A stretch of 63,588 nt of DNA, filler included, from Octopus bimaculoides (GCF_001194135.2; 7 parts of 6 records of this genome joined end to end with filler, not necessarily neighbours in it), one strand, 5' to 3'. Positions 13,223-25,025 are shown, numbered from the whole stretch's first letter. The notes: generated from the letters alone by a model not told the origin. Translations and numbers: made by a program.

Positions 13223-14412
13223 NNNNNNNNNNNNNNNNNNNNNNNNNNNNNNNNNNNNNNNNNNNNNNNNNNNNNNNNNNNNNNNNNNNNNNNNNNNNNN
13301 NNNNNNNNNNNNNNNNNNNNNNNNNNNNNNNNNNNNNNNNNNNNNNNNNNNNNNNNNNNNNNNNNNNNNNNNNNNNNNNNNNNNNNNNNNNNNNNNNNNN
13401 NNNNNNNNNNNNNNNNNNNNNNNNNNNNNNNNNNNNNNNNNNNNNNNNNNNNNNNNNNNNNNNNNNNNNNNNNNNNNNNNNNNNNNNNNNNNNNNNNNNN
13501 NNNNNNNNNNNNNNNNNNNNNNNNNNNNNNNNNNNNNNNNNNNNNNNNNNNNNNNNNNNNNNNNNNNNNNNNNNNNNNNNNNNNNNNNNNNNNNNNNNNN
13601 NNNNNNNNNNNNNNNNNNNNNNNNNNNNNNNNNNNNNNNNNNNNNNNNNNNNNNNNNNNNNNNNNNNNNNNNNNNNNNNNNNNNNNNNNNNNNNNNNNNN
13701 NNNNNNNNNNNNNNNNNNNNNNNNNNNNNNNNNNNNNNNNNNNNNNNNNNNNNNNNNNNNNNNNNNNNNNNNNNNNNNNNNNNNNNNNNNNNNNNNNNNN
13801 NNNNNNNNNNNNNNNNNNNNNNNNNNNNNNNNNNNNNNNNNNNNNNNTATATATATATATATATCGTAATTGCTGCTATTGTAGAGTGAGTAATTGTTGC
13901 TTCTGCGCAGGATAAGTGGGTTTTAGTGAAAGAGTGAAGATTCCTAAAACACCACAAAGTGACATTTTCATATTCGTTCGTTTTAAGGCTTGCGCACTTA
14001 AAAGGGTTTTCATTAAAGATATAGTACAAAAGGTTTTAAAACTCTAACACGATTCATCAGACAGTGAGGCTGGGGAGGGAAGGCGAGAGACATAATGAGA
14101 GAAAAAGAGACGCAGGAAAAGACGTAAGAAAGAAGTATTTATAGAGGAGAGAATTATAACAGTTCTGTAGATCAATTCTAATTAGTTACTGTATTTATAT
14201 GTGTTTTCTGTGTTGTATACTTATTGTTTGTTGTTTGCTGTTCTGGTTTGTGCTGTTTCTATAAGATTACCGTTTATATAATCGTGTTGAGCTTCGTTAT
14301 ACAGTGTAGTATACTATTCGTTTTTTTAAAGTTTTCGTTCTAAAGATTGTAACGTTGGAAAGTTACGAGATCTATATTTGAAAATATTTATATATTTATT
14401 CTGGTAAGTACA

Positions 14413-14454
<42 letters not shown>

Positions 14455-14979
14455 NNNNNNNNNNNNNNNNNNNNNNNNNNNNNNNNNNNNNNNNNNNNNN
14501 NNNNNNNNNNNNNNNNNNNNNNNNNNNNNNNNNNNNNNNNNNNNNNNNNNNNNNNNNNNNNNNNNNNNNNNNNNNNNNNNNNNNNNNNNNNNNNNNNNNN
14601 NNNNNNNNNNNNNNNNNNNNNNNNNNNNNNNNNNNNNNNNNNNNNNNNNNNNNNNNNNNNNNNNNNNNNNNNNNNNNNNNNNNNNNNNNNNNNNNNNNNN
14701 NNNNNNNNNNNNNNNNNNNNNNNNNNNNNNNNNNNNNNNNNNNNNNNNNNNNNNNNNNNNNNNNNNNNNNNNNNNNNNNNNNNNNNNNNNNNNNNTATGC
14801 ATATATATTTGTATATATATGAAACATATATTATGTATTTATAAATATATATTATATACGTTTATAAATTCAGGTATATATATATATATATATATATACA
14901 CAAATAGATATGTATTTACTTATATTATTGTGTGTATATATATACGTATATATATATATATATACGTACACTTGTATAA

Positions 14980-15015
<36 letters not shown>

Positions 15016-15418
15016 ATGTATGTACGTATGTATGTATGTACGTATGTATGTGTGTGTATGTATGTATAAGTATATACGTGGAAAACATACGCAGACTGAA
15101 TTAATGGTGTATTTATTCTATCACCTTGAACGAAAACAATTTATAACAATTAAACAATAATAATAATAATTATAATTATAGTAGTAGAAGTAGTAGTAGT
15201 GGTGGTAGTAGTAATAATAATAATAATTATAACAATAATAATAATAATGATAATAATAATAATAATAATAATAATCATCATCATCATCATTAGTATCATT
15301 GTTGTTATTATTATTATCCTTATTACAATACCAATAATAATGTAGGTGGTAATAGTTATATTATCAAGAGTAACAATAATAGTAAGAAGAATGTCATGGG
15401 CGTTAGTGCGATCGTCTT

Positions 15419-15601
15419 CTAACGCAAATAGATGGACCAGTAAGGAATGAGGAAAATTGCGAAGAGTGTCGGGAAGACAACACGTGATATGACGTCGACT
15501 CGCTTCGCTCTTTGTTTGGCTTTAGGGTTTGGTACAGTGACATCTAAAGTGACGTTGTCGTTGTCCAATGTATAAGGATTATCAGACGCACCTTCTTGCA
15601 C
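15419..15601 (-). CDS. Cys-loop ligand-gated ion channel subunit, terminal coding exon (M4 and stop)
   Basis: Acceptor TTTTATTTTCAG|GTG, phase 0 matching the upstream donor. AKRVDVISRVVFPTLFAIFLIPYWSIYLR* is the typical anion-channel M4 signature; TAG at 15421-15419. The three exons total 704 nt, i.e. 2 nt plus 234 codons. Confidence 0.94.
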   Translation of the reverse strand: MQEGASDNPYTLDNDNVTLDVTVPNPKAKQRAKRVDVISRVVFPTLFAIFLIPYWSIYLR

Positions 15602-18505
15602 CTGAAAATAAAAGAACGTCCACTTCAATAAAACTTCAGTAAAATCATAACGAGAAACATATTACATTTAAGGTGTTGTATTTGTGAGTTCTTCAGTGAA
15701 TTGCTGAAATCTGATTTGTAATTCACCAAAGAGCGAGCATTGACAGAGTTGCTCCATCAGCTAGACGTAGTCAATGCTACTAAGCATTTACTTCGGCGTG
15801 CTAACTATTCCGCCATGTCGCCGCCTTTACAGTAAATGCAACAATAACGATATCTTTTATTTGCCATGACAGCTCCAAAGAAGGGTACGTTACAGGGACA
15901 GGTTGCATAAATGAAGACGTTTAGTGAAGGAGTTTAGTAATAGTGGAGGGGAACGTATGTTCCTGATAGAAAATGTAATAATGCCAATAGAGCAGAATTG
16001 ATGTCAAGAACCAATCAAGAACCGAGACAGGTACCCGTTTACCTTAAATACGTCAGGCAAAAGCTCTCTTCCAACTACCACTCTCAAGCAAAGAAAGGGA
16101 AGAATTTCTTGATTTTATAATTGACTGTAGGTTTTGTGACCTCATCTAGCAACCCTATTAAATATGTGTTTATTAATCACCAAATTAATTAAAACGGGAT
16201 GCATGATAAGATTCTGGACAATCGGCTCAGAAGTTAGTGGTTCGTAATCAGACTCTTGTTTTGTTTATAATCGTCTATTAAAGTCCAGTAAGCTTTGACT
16301 TCTGTTCGTAAAGCTAACCAGGAAGATTCTGAACCAGTGATCCTCATTTAAATCACTTCGTAACCCTCAAACAACCAAGAAGTACTCAGTGGTAATATGG
16401 CCCAGGGGAAAAAGACAGGACGGAGACGGAAAGCGTTTGATCATTGGTCAGCTGAATCAGAATTGACCTGGCGCTGACCAACACGAAAACAACAATAATA
16501 ACAACATTTAAGAATGAAACATGTCTGTAGTCAACAACACAAGAGAACCAGTACAAAATCAGTCAGCATTTAAGAAATAGAAGCCAAATGGCCCTCATGC
16601 TCGGCTATAGCCTTAAGGAAAGGACGCATAAAATAATACAGTTCTACATCATAATTGAGACTGTGGATCACGCTTGAGATGCAAAGCGTTACGTAACTCC
16701 CCGCTCAATGCTAACCTGAGTCAAAAGAATAACAACAGCTAAACGACAAGAATAACAATTCTCTATAATTGACGTTTGTTTTGTTAGTTGGCCTGTATAA
16801 GGTGGAATCCGTCTGCAAGATGAGACGATCATTTGAAGCGCTATTGGAACGAATGTAATTTCGAGTGTTATCAACGCAGCTCTAACGTGGATTAGAATAG
16901 AAATGGCTAGAATATAAACAGTTACAAAATAAATCTATTCTGAACGATTTCCGGATAACAATCTTACGCTTTTCAGGCTAAAATGACTTATTCTTGAAAT
17001 AAAATGAAGATTGTAATTAAATGATTGGTTCAGTAGATAGCGAAGACATTAGAAACAGTTTTTGAAAGGAAACAGTTTTGAGATGTCGATCCATATATCG
17101 AACTTCAACAAAGAATCGGTCGTGATTCAACTCACACAAGTGTGATAAACACAAGTCGTCGCTCGATATTTTCTTATCAAATATAGCTTCCAATGCTTGA
17201 TTAGCTGTATTGCTTTGAGAGGACTTTCCTTCCAAGTAATATCCATTCTATAAATCTGAAAACTGGCTAGAAATAGCAGGGAGATCTCCGTAAGATCATA
17301 CCCTACAAAGAGGATCACGTAGTTGTTGATGTACTATCTGAAAAATACCCGAGGTGATCATGGTTTGAACACCTTTGATCAGAGTTAAGCGGAAGGTATA
17401 ATGAAAGCAGCCGAACCACTCACTACGAAGTCAACAACAGCAAAATCTCTTTAAAAATAACCCTGTCTTCAGGGATTGAAGCGTATAGTTCCATGCTGTC
17501 AGATGGAGTTGCGAAACTTGAGCGACTTGTCCAATGTTAGAAAACAACGATGGTTTCAAAAGATACGGCTTACTCGGTCAGCTGCCACATATGAAAGCAA
17601 GGAAGGAGTATTTACACAAATGCTTGACTTATATTGTAGCTAATCCTCATCAAATTAAATCCCAAACTTTTAAAACGAGGCACACCAGGCAATGTCACAG
17701 CTAGACAGCTTTTCAACTTATCTTGATCGATGCGGGTCGTCCTCAATATTAGCATATTTCTAAGACCGTTTTCATTGTTTTGGGACTCGTGTTGAATGAG
17801 GAAATGACAATGGTTTGTGGAGCGAGTGTGTTTTACTTACATTTGTTATTCCTATATCTGTGTCTTTGGGACTCTGAAACGATATCAAAGCTGCAGTCAG
17901 TAGAATGACAACGACAATAGGAGACAATAACGTGTGAAACCAAATGTACAACAGACAATAATAACAGAATAATACCATCAATATGGATTTGAGAACTTAT
18001 GCTCTAAGGCCTCAAGTTTTAACAAATTTTACAAATGGTATCGTATGGTTAGCAAATAAATTCGATATCATTAGATTGTTAGTTGGGATACCATTTACAT
18101 TGAGTGAAATACTTCGTTTCAAGCCTATTCAGTGAGGCATTCATATTGCCGTATACGTTTTTCTCTCCAAGATTTTTTCTCTTACAAAAGACGAGCTAAT
18201 TTGATATAGCGGGAAGACATTCAGTTCATACTGGACAAAATATCGATGATCTATAATGTACTAAATCTATACAATATTATCGACGTTATCCAATGTTTCC
18301 ATTGTCTTCTTTAATATCTCAATTTAGTGGAGATGTTCCAGTTATTGTTTCGTACCAAATGAATGTTTCTTTGATATTTTTGCTTCATTAACCGATCACT
18401 TGATTGATTAAGAGCAAGCTACACTGTGACAAAAATATAAGTTGTAATTATTTGTCACAACAAAATAGATTAATTACTTCAGTGATCATCATTTCATTAT
18501 TATTA

Positions 18506-18564
<59 letters not shown>

Positions 18565-18691
18565 ATAATTATTATTATTATTTTCATATCGAGTCCTTCC
18601 TGCTCTCACAAAAGTGCTTATTCATTGTCTATATCAAATGAAGTCGAAAAGATTCATTGTCGGACAAGAAATCGATCAAGTTATTTAGAGA

Positions 18692-18876
18692 CCGGACAAA
18701 ATGCCTAGCGGTATTTTGTCCGTCTTTGCGTTCTCAGTTCAAATTCCGCCAAGATCGACTTTGCCTTTCATCCTTATGTGGTCGATAAAGTATGTACCAT
18801 TTGAGTGCTGGGGTTGATGTCATCGACTTAGTCCCTTCCTCGAAATTGCTGGTCTCCTTGTGGCAAAATTTGAAGC

Positions 18877-18880
<4 letters not shown>
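18692..18880 (+). mobile_element. SINE family A copy in the last channel intron
   Basis: GAGTTCAAATTCCG..GATCGACTTTGCCTTTCATCC core; followed by (TTA)n. Confidence 0.8.
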
Positions 18881-18939
<59 letters not shown>

Positions 18940-19017
18940 GTAGTTGGTTATGGCTGGAGAGAAAGTCCAGATTGTTCGTTTTCAAGAATGAAGTTAATAG
19001 AAATATGAAAACCGTAC

Positions 19018-19406
19018 CTGATTCGATGAAGTGGCGAAAATCGATTCTTTGGCTCCCGTCAACGAGATGGTAAGGACGTGACAGTCTTGTCGAGAGAAGA
19101 AACAAACCAACGTATACTCGACAAAAGCAGCGAAGACGAAAAGAAGGCAGGCCACTGTCCATATATCAATGGCTTTGATGTAGGAGACTGGGGGTAGATC
19201 CCCGCTGTTGCTCTGTCTCTGGGTAATCATTGTTAGGATTGTCAAGCTGCTGAGTGAGATCCTGGCAGCGGTGGATTCGGTGGGTAGCCAGAACGACAAC
19301 CACGATATCACCACAATCAATGTACTGGGGAGGTAAGCGTGCAGCATGTAATAGGCATACTTCCGTTGGAGATGGAAACTGGTTGAGATACAAGTAAAGT
19401 TGTTTT
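19018..19406 (-). CDS. Cys-loop ligand-gated ion channel subunit, exon encoding end of loop C plus M1, M2, M3 and start of the M3-M4 loop
   Basis: Acceptor TTTTTTCTCTTGCAG|AA and donor AATCAG|GTACGG, 389 nt. Reads NNFTCISTSFHLQRKYAYYMLHAYLPSTLIVVISWLSFWLPTESTAARISLSSLTILTMITQRQSNSGDLPPVSYIKAIDIWTVACLLFVFAAFVEYTLVCFF, which aligns to GlyR/GluCl M1-M3. G|AA joins the upstream exon in frame. Confidence 0.96.
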
Positions 19407-20060
19407 CTGCAAGAGAAAAAAAGAAAGGATAAAATAACAGAGGATAACAGACGAATAAGGGACAAACATTGGGAGACTAAGCAATCAGTTATGTATATGT
19501 GTGTACACACACATACATGGATATATATATATATATATATATNNNNNNNNNNNNNNNNNNNNNNNNNNNNNNNNNNNNNNNNNNNNNNNNNNNNNNNNNN
19601 NNNNNNNNNNNNNNNNNNNNNNNNNNNNNNNNNNNNNNNNNNNNNNNNNNNNNNNNNNNNNNNNNNNNNNNNNNNNNNNNNNNNNNNNNNNNNNNNNNNN
19701 NNNNNNNNNNNNNNNNNNNNNNNNNNNNNNNNNNNNTATATATTTATTAAAACATTTTCTCTATATTCCATTCCGACACGTGTTTCTACTGGTTAAGTGT
19801 CCAAGTGTACCTTGATGTAGCACTTATGCGCATTTAGCTTATTTATATTAAATCAATTGCAAAACAGAAAGAGAGAGGAGGAAAGAGAAGGAGAGTGAAG
19901 GAGAACGAGAGAAAGAGAACTAAATTGATGGTTGTGCTGCATGAGTGAGAAAACATCCAGCCATATAACAGCCTCTACTGAATTTCATCAAACCGGTATC
20001 ACTCACAACAAAGATATTATAATGTCTATTATAATATCTTACGATCTGTTACACACATAA

Positions 20061-20276
20061 GGTGACGAGCTGACCAAATGTTTGCTACGCTGGACAAAAT
20101 GCTTAGCCGTATTTCTTTCGGCTTTCCATTCTGAGTTCAAATCCCGTAGAGATCGACTCTGCATTTTATCCTTTCGGGCTCGGTAACATAATCACCAGTC
20201 GAGCACTGGGGTCGATGTAACATTTTAGTTCCCTTCCTTCAAATTTGTAGCCTGGTGTACCTATAGTAGAAACGAT
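20061..20276 (+). mobile_element. SINE family A copy in channel intron
   Basis: GGTGACGAGCTG head, CTGAGTTCAAATCC, GCACTGGGGTCGATGTAA. Confidence 0.75.
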
Positions 20277-20847
20277 TTACTATTCACACACTTACATCGA
20301 AGAAATATAATTTGCTTAAGAGGACTTAAACCGGTTCGCTCTAGAATATCATATACATTATAGATTAACACATCATAATGTGAAGATATATGCTTAGCTT
20401 TCGCATAAAATATTTCGCAGCTAACTTCGGGCACCAACGTTATAAAACGTCAGAAGCTATAGTCTTTCGTTGGAATTTTCAATAGAGAAATCACAAAGCA
20501 ACAATCCCATAAGACTCGTCTATCATTCATTTAAAACGTCAAATAAAGCAAGAAGATTAGAATTCATTCTGACATTCCAGAGACTGGAATCAGAATATGG
20601 ACAGTAGAATATTGTTGTTACTAAAAAGGGAAAGAAAAATAATCATGAGAATGAAATATGAAAAAGAAGATTGTGGTATTAACCAATCATATCCGGTGAC
20701 AAACGGTTGTGTTTTTAAAAAAATATTTGGAAAGGAAAGCTGTTGCCACAGACACACACACACACCTATATATATATATATGCAATTATACACATACACA
20801 AACACAAACACGCATATATGTATATATACCTATGTATATATATATGC

Positions 20848-20893
<46 letters not shown>

Positions 20894-21059
20894 TTATACA
20901 CAAACACATACACACATATATATGTATACATATGCACGTGTATATATATATATATATTAACATATATGCATATATGTGTGTGCGCGCACGCATGCGGGTG
21001 TGAGAGTAAATGTCGGTATTCCACCGAATACTTGTGGGAGATGGAAGATAAAAACAAAC

Positions 21060-21191
21060 CTTCATAGTCTCTATGACAGTCTCCAAATGTAATATTAGAA
21101 ATGGTGAATTGAGACAACTCCATTTGTCGGTTGTGTGTAACGGCTGAACCGTCATCCCATTCAAACACAACATTATCCGGTGTGTATACAA
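21060..21191 (-). CDS. Cys-loop ligand-gated ion channel subunit, internal exon (loop B to loop C): xVYTPDNVVFEWDDGSAVTHNRQMELSQFTISNITFGDCHRDYE
   Basis: Acceptor TTTTTTCTATTACAG|TT (AG at 21193-21192) and donor GAAG|GTTTGT (GT at 21059-21058). 132 nt, phase 1 at both ends. Translation matches the YT.D...F.W and L.QF motifs of GlyR/GluCl extracellular domains. Confidence 0.9.
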
Positions 21192-21374
21192 CTGTAATAG
21201 AAAAAATAGAAACGTTTACGTAAGTCACATTGTATAAATGGAGAACGCCGCAAAACAGCCATGTTTTTATATTTGCGTGTATTGAATTGTAATGAACCGA
21301 AGAATCGAATGATATTATCTGTTGTGAATGTAAAAGCAATAAAGGAAAACTTGAAAGAAACTATGTATGTATGA

Positions 21375-21439
<65 letters not shown>

Positions 21440-22238
21440 GAAGCCTTTGGTTATTTATGCCCGGTCAGAAAGTTACCATTGATTTCACGTCTATCATTAC
21501 TCTTATCAATATAGGCGACTCAGCAGACCAGCTGACCGGAAGCACATAACGCTGACCGGAAGCACATTACTAACGGAGGCGACACAGAATGTCATCTTGA
21601 TCAGCGTAGTTGTGAAAAGAAAACTTAAAGAGAAATTCTCCGAAGCGAAAACCCTTTCGGGTCGAACAATCTCGTCATGGATTTCTTTTTTCCTTTTTTG
21701 TTCACAATTTCGTTGTCTAAACCTGTATTCTTACGTCTGCTTGGAAAGAGTTTATGTGCCTCCCGCCAGAAGCTCCTCTGTGTCGCCATTTGTTGGCAAG
21801 AGCAATAACAGACGTTGAACCAGTAGTGACTTCCTCTCCAGCCATGACCAACTACATAAAATACTACAGCTCAAAATAACCGTTTAGAATACGCTTTTGT
21901 TCGGACTTATGAACAACTAACCGAGAAATATACATATGTAAATATATATGTGTGTGTGTGTATACACATGTAATATATATATATATATATACATATAGAA
22001 TATATATATATATATATATATACATACATATAGAATATATATACCTTTATAATATATATGTATACATACATACATACACACACATACATATATACATATA
22101 CATGCACGTAATATAATTTTTCTGAATCTTCAGATTTTTCAATATGCTACGTCACTGGTTTTCAATTGATATTATTATTATTATTATTATTATTATTGTT
22201 ATTATCATGGCGTTAGTAGCCCGCGCTCTTATGCCCAC

Positions 22239-22309
22239 GGGCATATGGCGTAGTGGTTAAGAGTGCGGGCTACTAACCCCAATACTCCGAATTCGATTCC
22301 AGGCAGTGA

Positions 22310-22386
<77 letters not shown>

Positions 22387-22400
22387 TCGAAAAATACCTT
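22239..22400 (+). mobile_element. tRNA-headed short element with internal (AAT)n
   Basis: A-box TGGCGTAGTGG (22246-22256), B-box-like GAATTCGATTCC (22289-22300), then (AAT)n to ~22384. Confidence 0.6.
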
Positions 22401-23122
22401 AGAGAACTAAATTATAGGAGTGCAGTTAGCCTAACCGTACAGCAGACTTTACTGCATTACATATTGCCAGTATCACTCACGGGCAACCTGCCTGTCATAA
22501 CTCTTATAACATATTATTATCTATTTTACGCATCCAAAGAAGAAACATAATCGGTTCAGCAGAACATAAACCGTGTATCCTTAACGTAATTCTCACTCAC
22601 AGATTTGAAATTCATTAATCATCACGTGATTCTCCAATATCATCATCGCCTACATCATCATCATCATAATCAAAATCGCCGCTTCGAAGTAGCTCGATTT
22701 ACAAGAATTCGCAACAAAAGTACTTCAAATCCCATATTACTCAAAGTCGTCCAGAATATAAAAAAAAAACGAGAATGAAAGCTTCAATATATTTTCGTCA
22801 GAGAATTGCATGTTCATGGCAAAGCTGGCGCTAAAGAACAACACCATGCCAGAAGCATTCTTAATTTCCATTCTATAAAGAATGCACTCTTGTCTTCCAA
22901 GTCCCTTCCTATATGTATTATGTATGTATGCACGTAACTACACGTGGACTGTTGGCGATTTTTCCTCCTCTTTCTTTTCTTTTGGACTTTCTCCTGTTTC
23001 TGAAGAAGAGCTTTGCCAGAAACGTATAAACAACCACTCTTTCTTTCCTTCTCCGAGCGTCTTATTAATATTTTGCATGTAACACTCCCTTGTGTATATG
23101 TACGTATATGTGTGTATGTACG

Positions 23123-23196
<74 letters not shown>

Positions 23197-23208
23197 CGTA
23201 TGTGTGAG

Positions 23209-23247
<39 letters not shown>

Positions 23248-23537
23248 ATTTCCCCCTCACATGTGGTGGCAGTGACTGTTGACGTACATCTGGACACACA
23301 TATGTACAAATCTATATATGCTCTTGAATCCATAGATATCTAAGTATGGTTATGTACACAGACACAGACATGTGTATTAGAGTGTCTAAAACTATTTGTA
23401 TGACTTTATAAACTGTTTGTAGACTTTTTTGTGCCTTATATTTTTATATTTTCGTTTTCATTTATTTTTACTTTACTTTTATTTTTATTTCTATTTTTAT
23501 TTTTATTTTTTACTTTATAATTGTGTTGAATTTTTGT

Positions 23538-23671
23538 GAATCTCTGAAGAGGCCTAGCGAATGATGCCTGTACCCCCATTTCAACATTTATCTGCTAATT
23601 ACTCCGGTACGCAGGAGCTATAGGGATAGAATGGGGCATGCCAACGCTAGCCCGAAACAGCTGTAAGTTTC
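23538..23671 (+). ncRNA. Minimal type I hammerhead ribozyme motif with elongated stem II (Penelope-like element terminal repeat type)
   Basis: GAATCT-CTGAAGA-GGCCTAGCG...CGCTAGCCC-GAAA-CAGCTG-TA|AGTTTC. Intact CUGAnGA and GAAA boxes, G10.1:C11.1 pair, GUA cleavage triplet, palindromic ACAGCTGT stem III, stem I 5/6 paired. Folded by eye only. Confidence 0.7.
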
Positions 23672-24385
23672 TGTATATTCTCAAATTGCTAAATGTACTT
23701 TATATTTGTAACCTTGATTGTTAATATGACATTGTATGTCATAAGCATCTGTATATTGTGGTTATTGTCATTTTAGTTACAAAATAAATTAATTAATTCA
23801 ACGGAATACACTGTCTGCAAGTCGATGGATACCGCATATTCTCCATTTTCGCATTGTCATATATATANNNNNNNNNNNNNNNNNNNNNNNNNNNNNNNNN
23901 NNNNNNNNNNNNNNNNNNNNNNNNNNNNNNNNNNNNNNNNNNNNNNNNNNNNNNNNNNNNNNNNNNNNNNNNNNNNNNNNNNNNNNNNNNNNNNNNNNNN
24001 NNNNNNNNNNNNNNNNNNNNNNNNNNNNNNNNNNNNNNNNNNNNNNNNNNNNNNNNNNNNNNNNNNNNNNNNNNNNNNNNNNNNNNNNNNNNNNNNNNNN
24101 NNNNNNNNNNNNNNNNNNNNNNNNNNNNNNNNNNNNNNNNNNNNNNNNNNNNNNNNNNNNNNNNNNNNNNNNNNNNNNNNNNNNNNNNNNNNNNNNNNNN
24201 NNNGTGTGTGTGTGTGTATTATATATATACATGTATACATATGTATGTTTGTATGTGTGTGTACGTACGTATATTTGTATTTCTTCGTTACACGCTGTCT
24301 GTATTATATATATGTGCATATATATATCTACATAAGTGCATACATATGTACATATATACACATATATATACATATATATATATAC

Positions 24386-24423
<38 letters not shown>

Positions 24424-25025
24424 GCACGCGCTTTTGTATTATTTGTTACACGCTGCTTGCATTATAAATTAGAGATGGTGCTTGTAATATGACACCTCCA
24501 TGGCACTGAAACAAAACATTTCAGATTATGTCACGCGACTGATTTATTAGTTTATTAATATCGTCACCATAGTAACACAGTAGTTTCTATAAAGACCACA
24601 ACAATTAACATCTTAATCTTTATCAAGTTTGGTTTCTCTTATCTTCCGCAAGATCTACGCAATCATCTCTCATCGTTTCATCATTTTTTTTTATCATTAC
24701 GGTAATAATCGTCTACATCATCGTCATTACAGGATACAATTATTAATTGCAAATTAATCATCACCATCATCAGAAATTGCAGACAAACTGAGATCACAAC
24801 CTATAACCAAATAAGAAGTATTTTCGACACCACCACCGCCACACAACCGGTACTGGCTTGTTTATGTCCCCAAAACAGAGTGAACCATCAAATAAAACCG
24901 ATAGAGCAATTACCAGACTTTATAAATTAAATTCTGGGATTGATTTTTTACTTTCTTTTCACTTTTACAATACACACGGACTTAGAAGGATCATCAGAAG
25001 AGAGCAGTGACCCCCAGGTTCTAAA

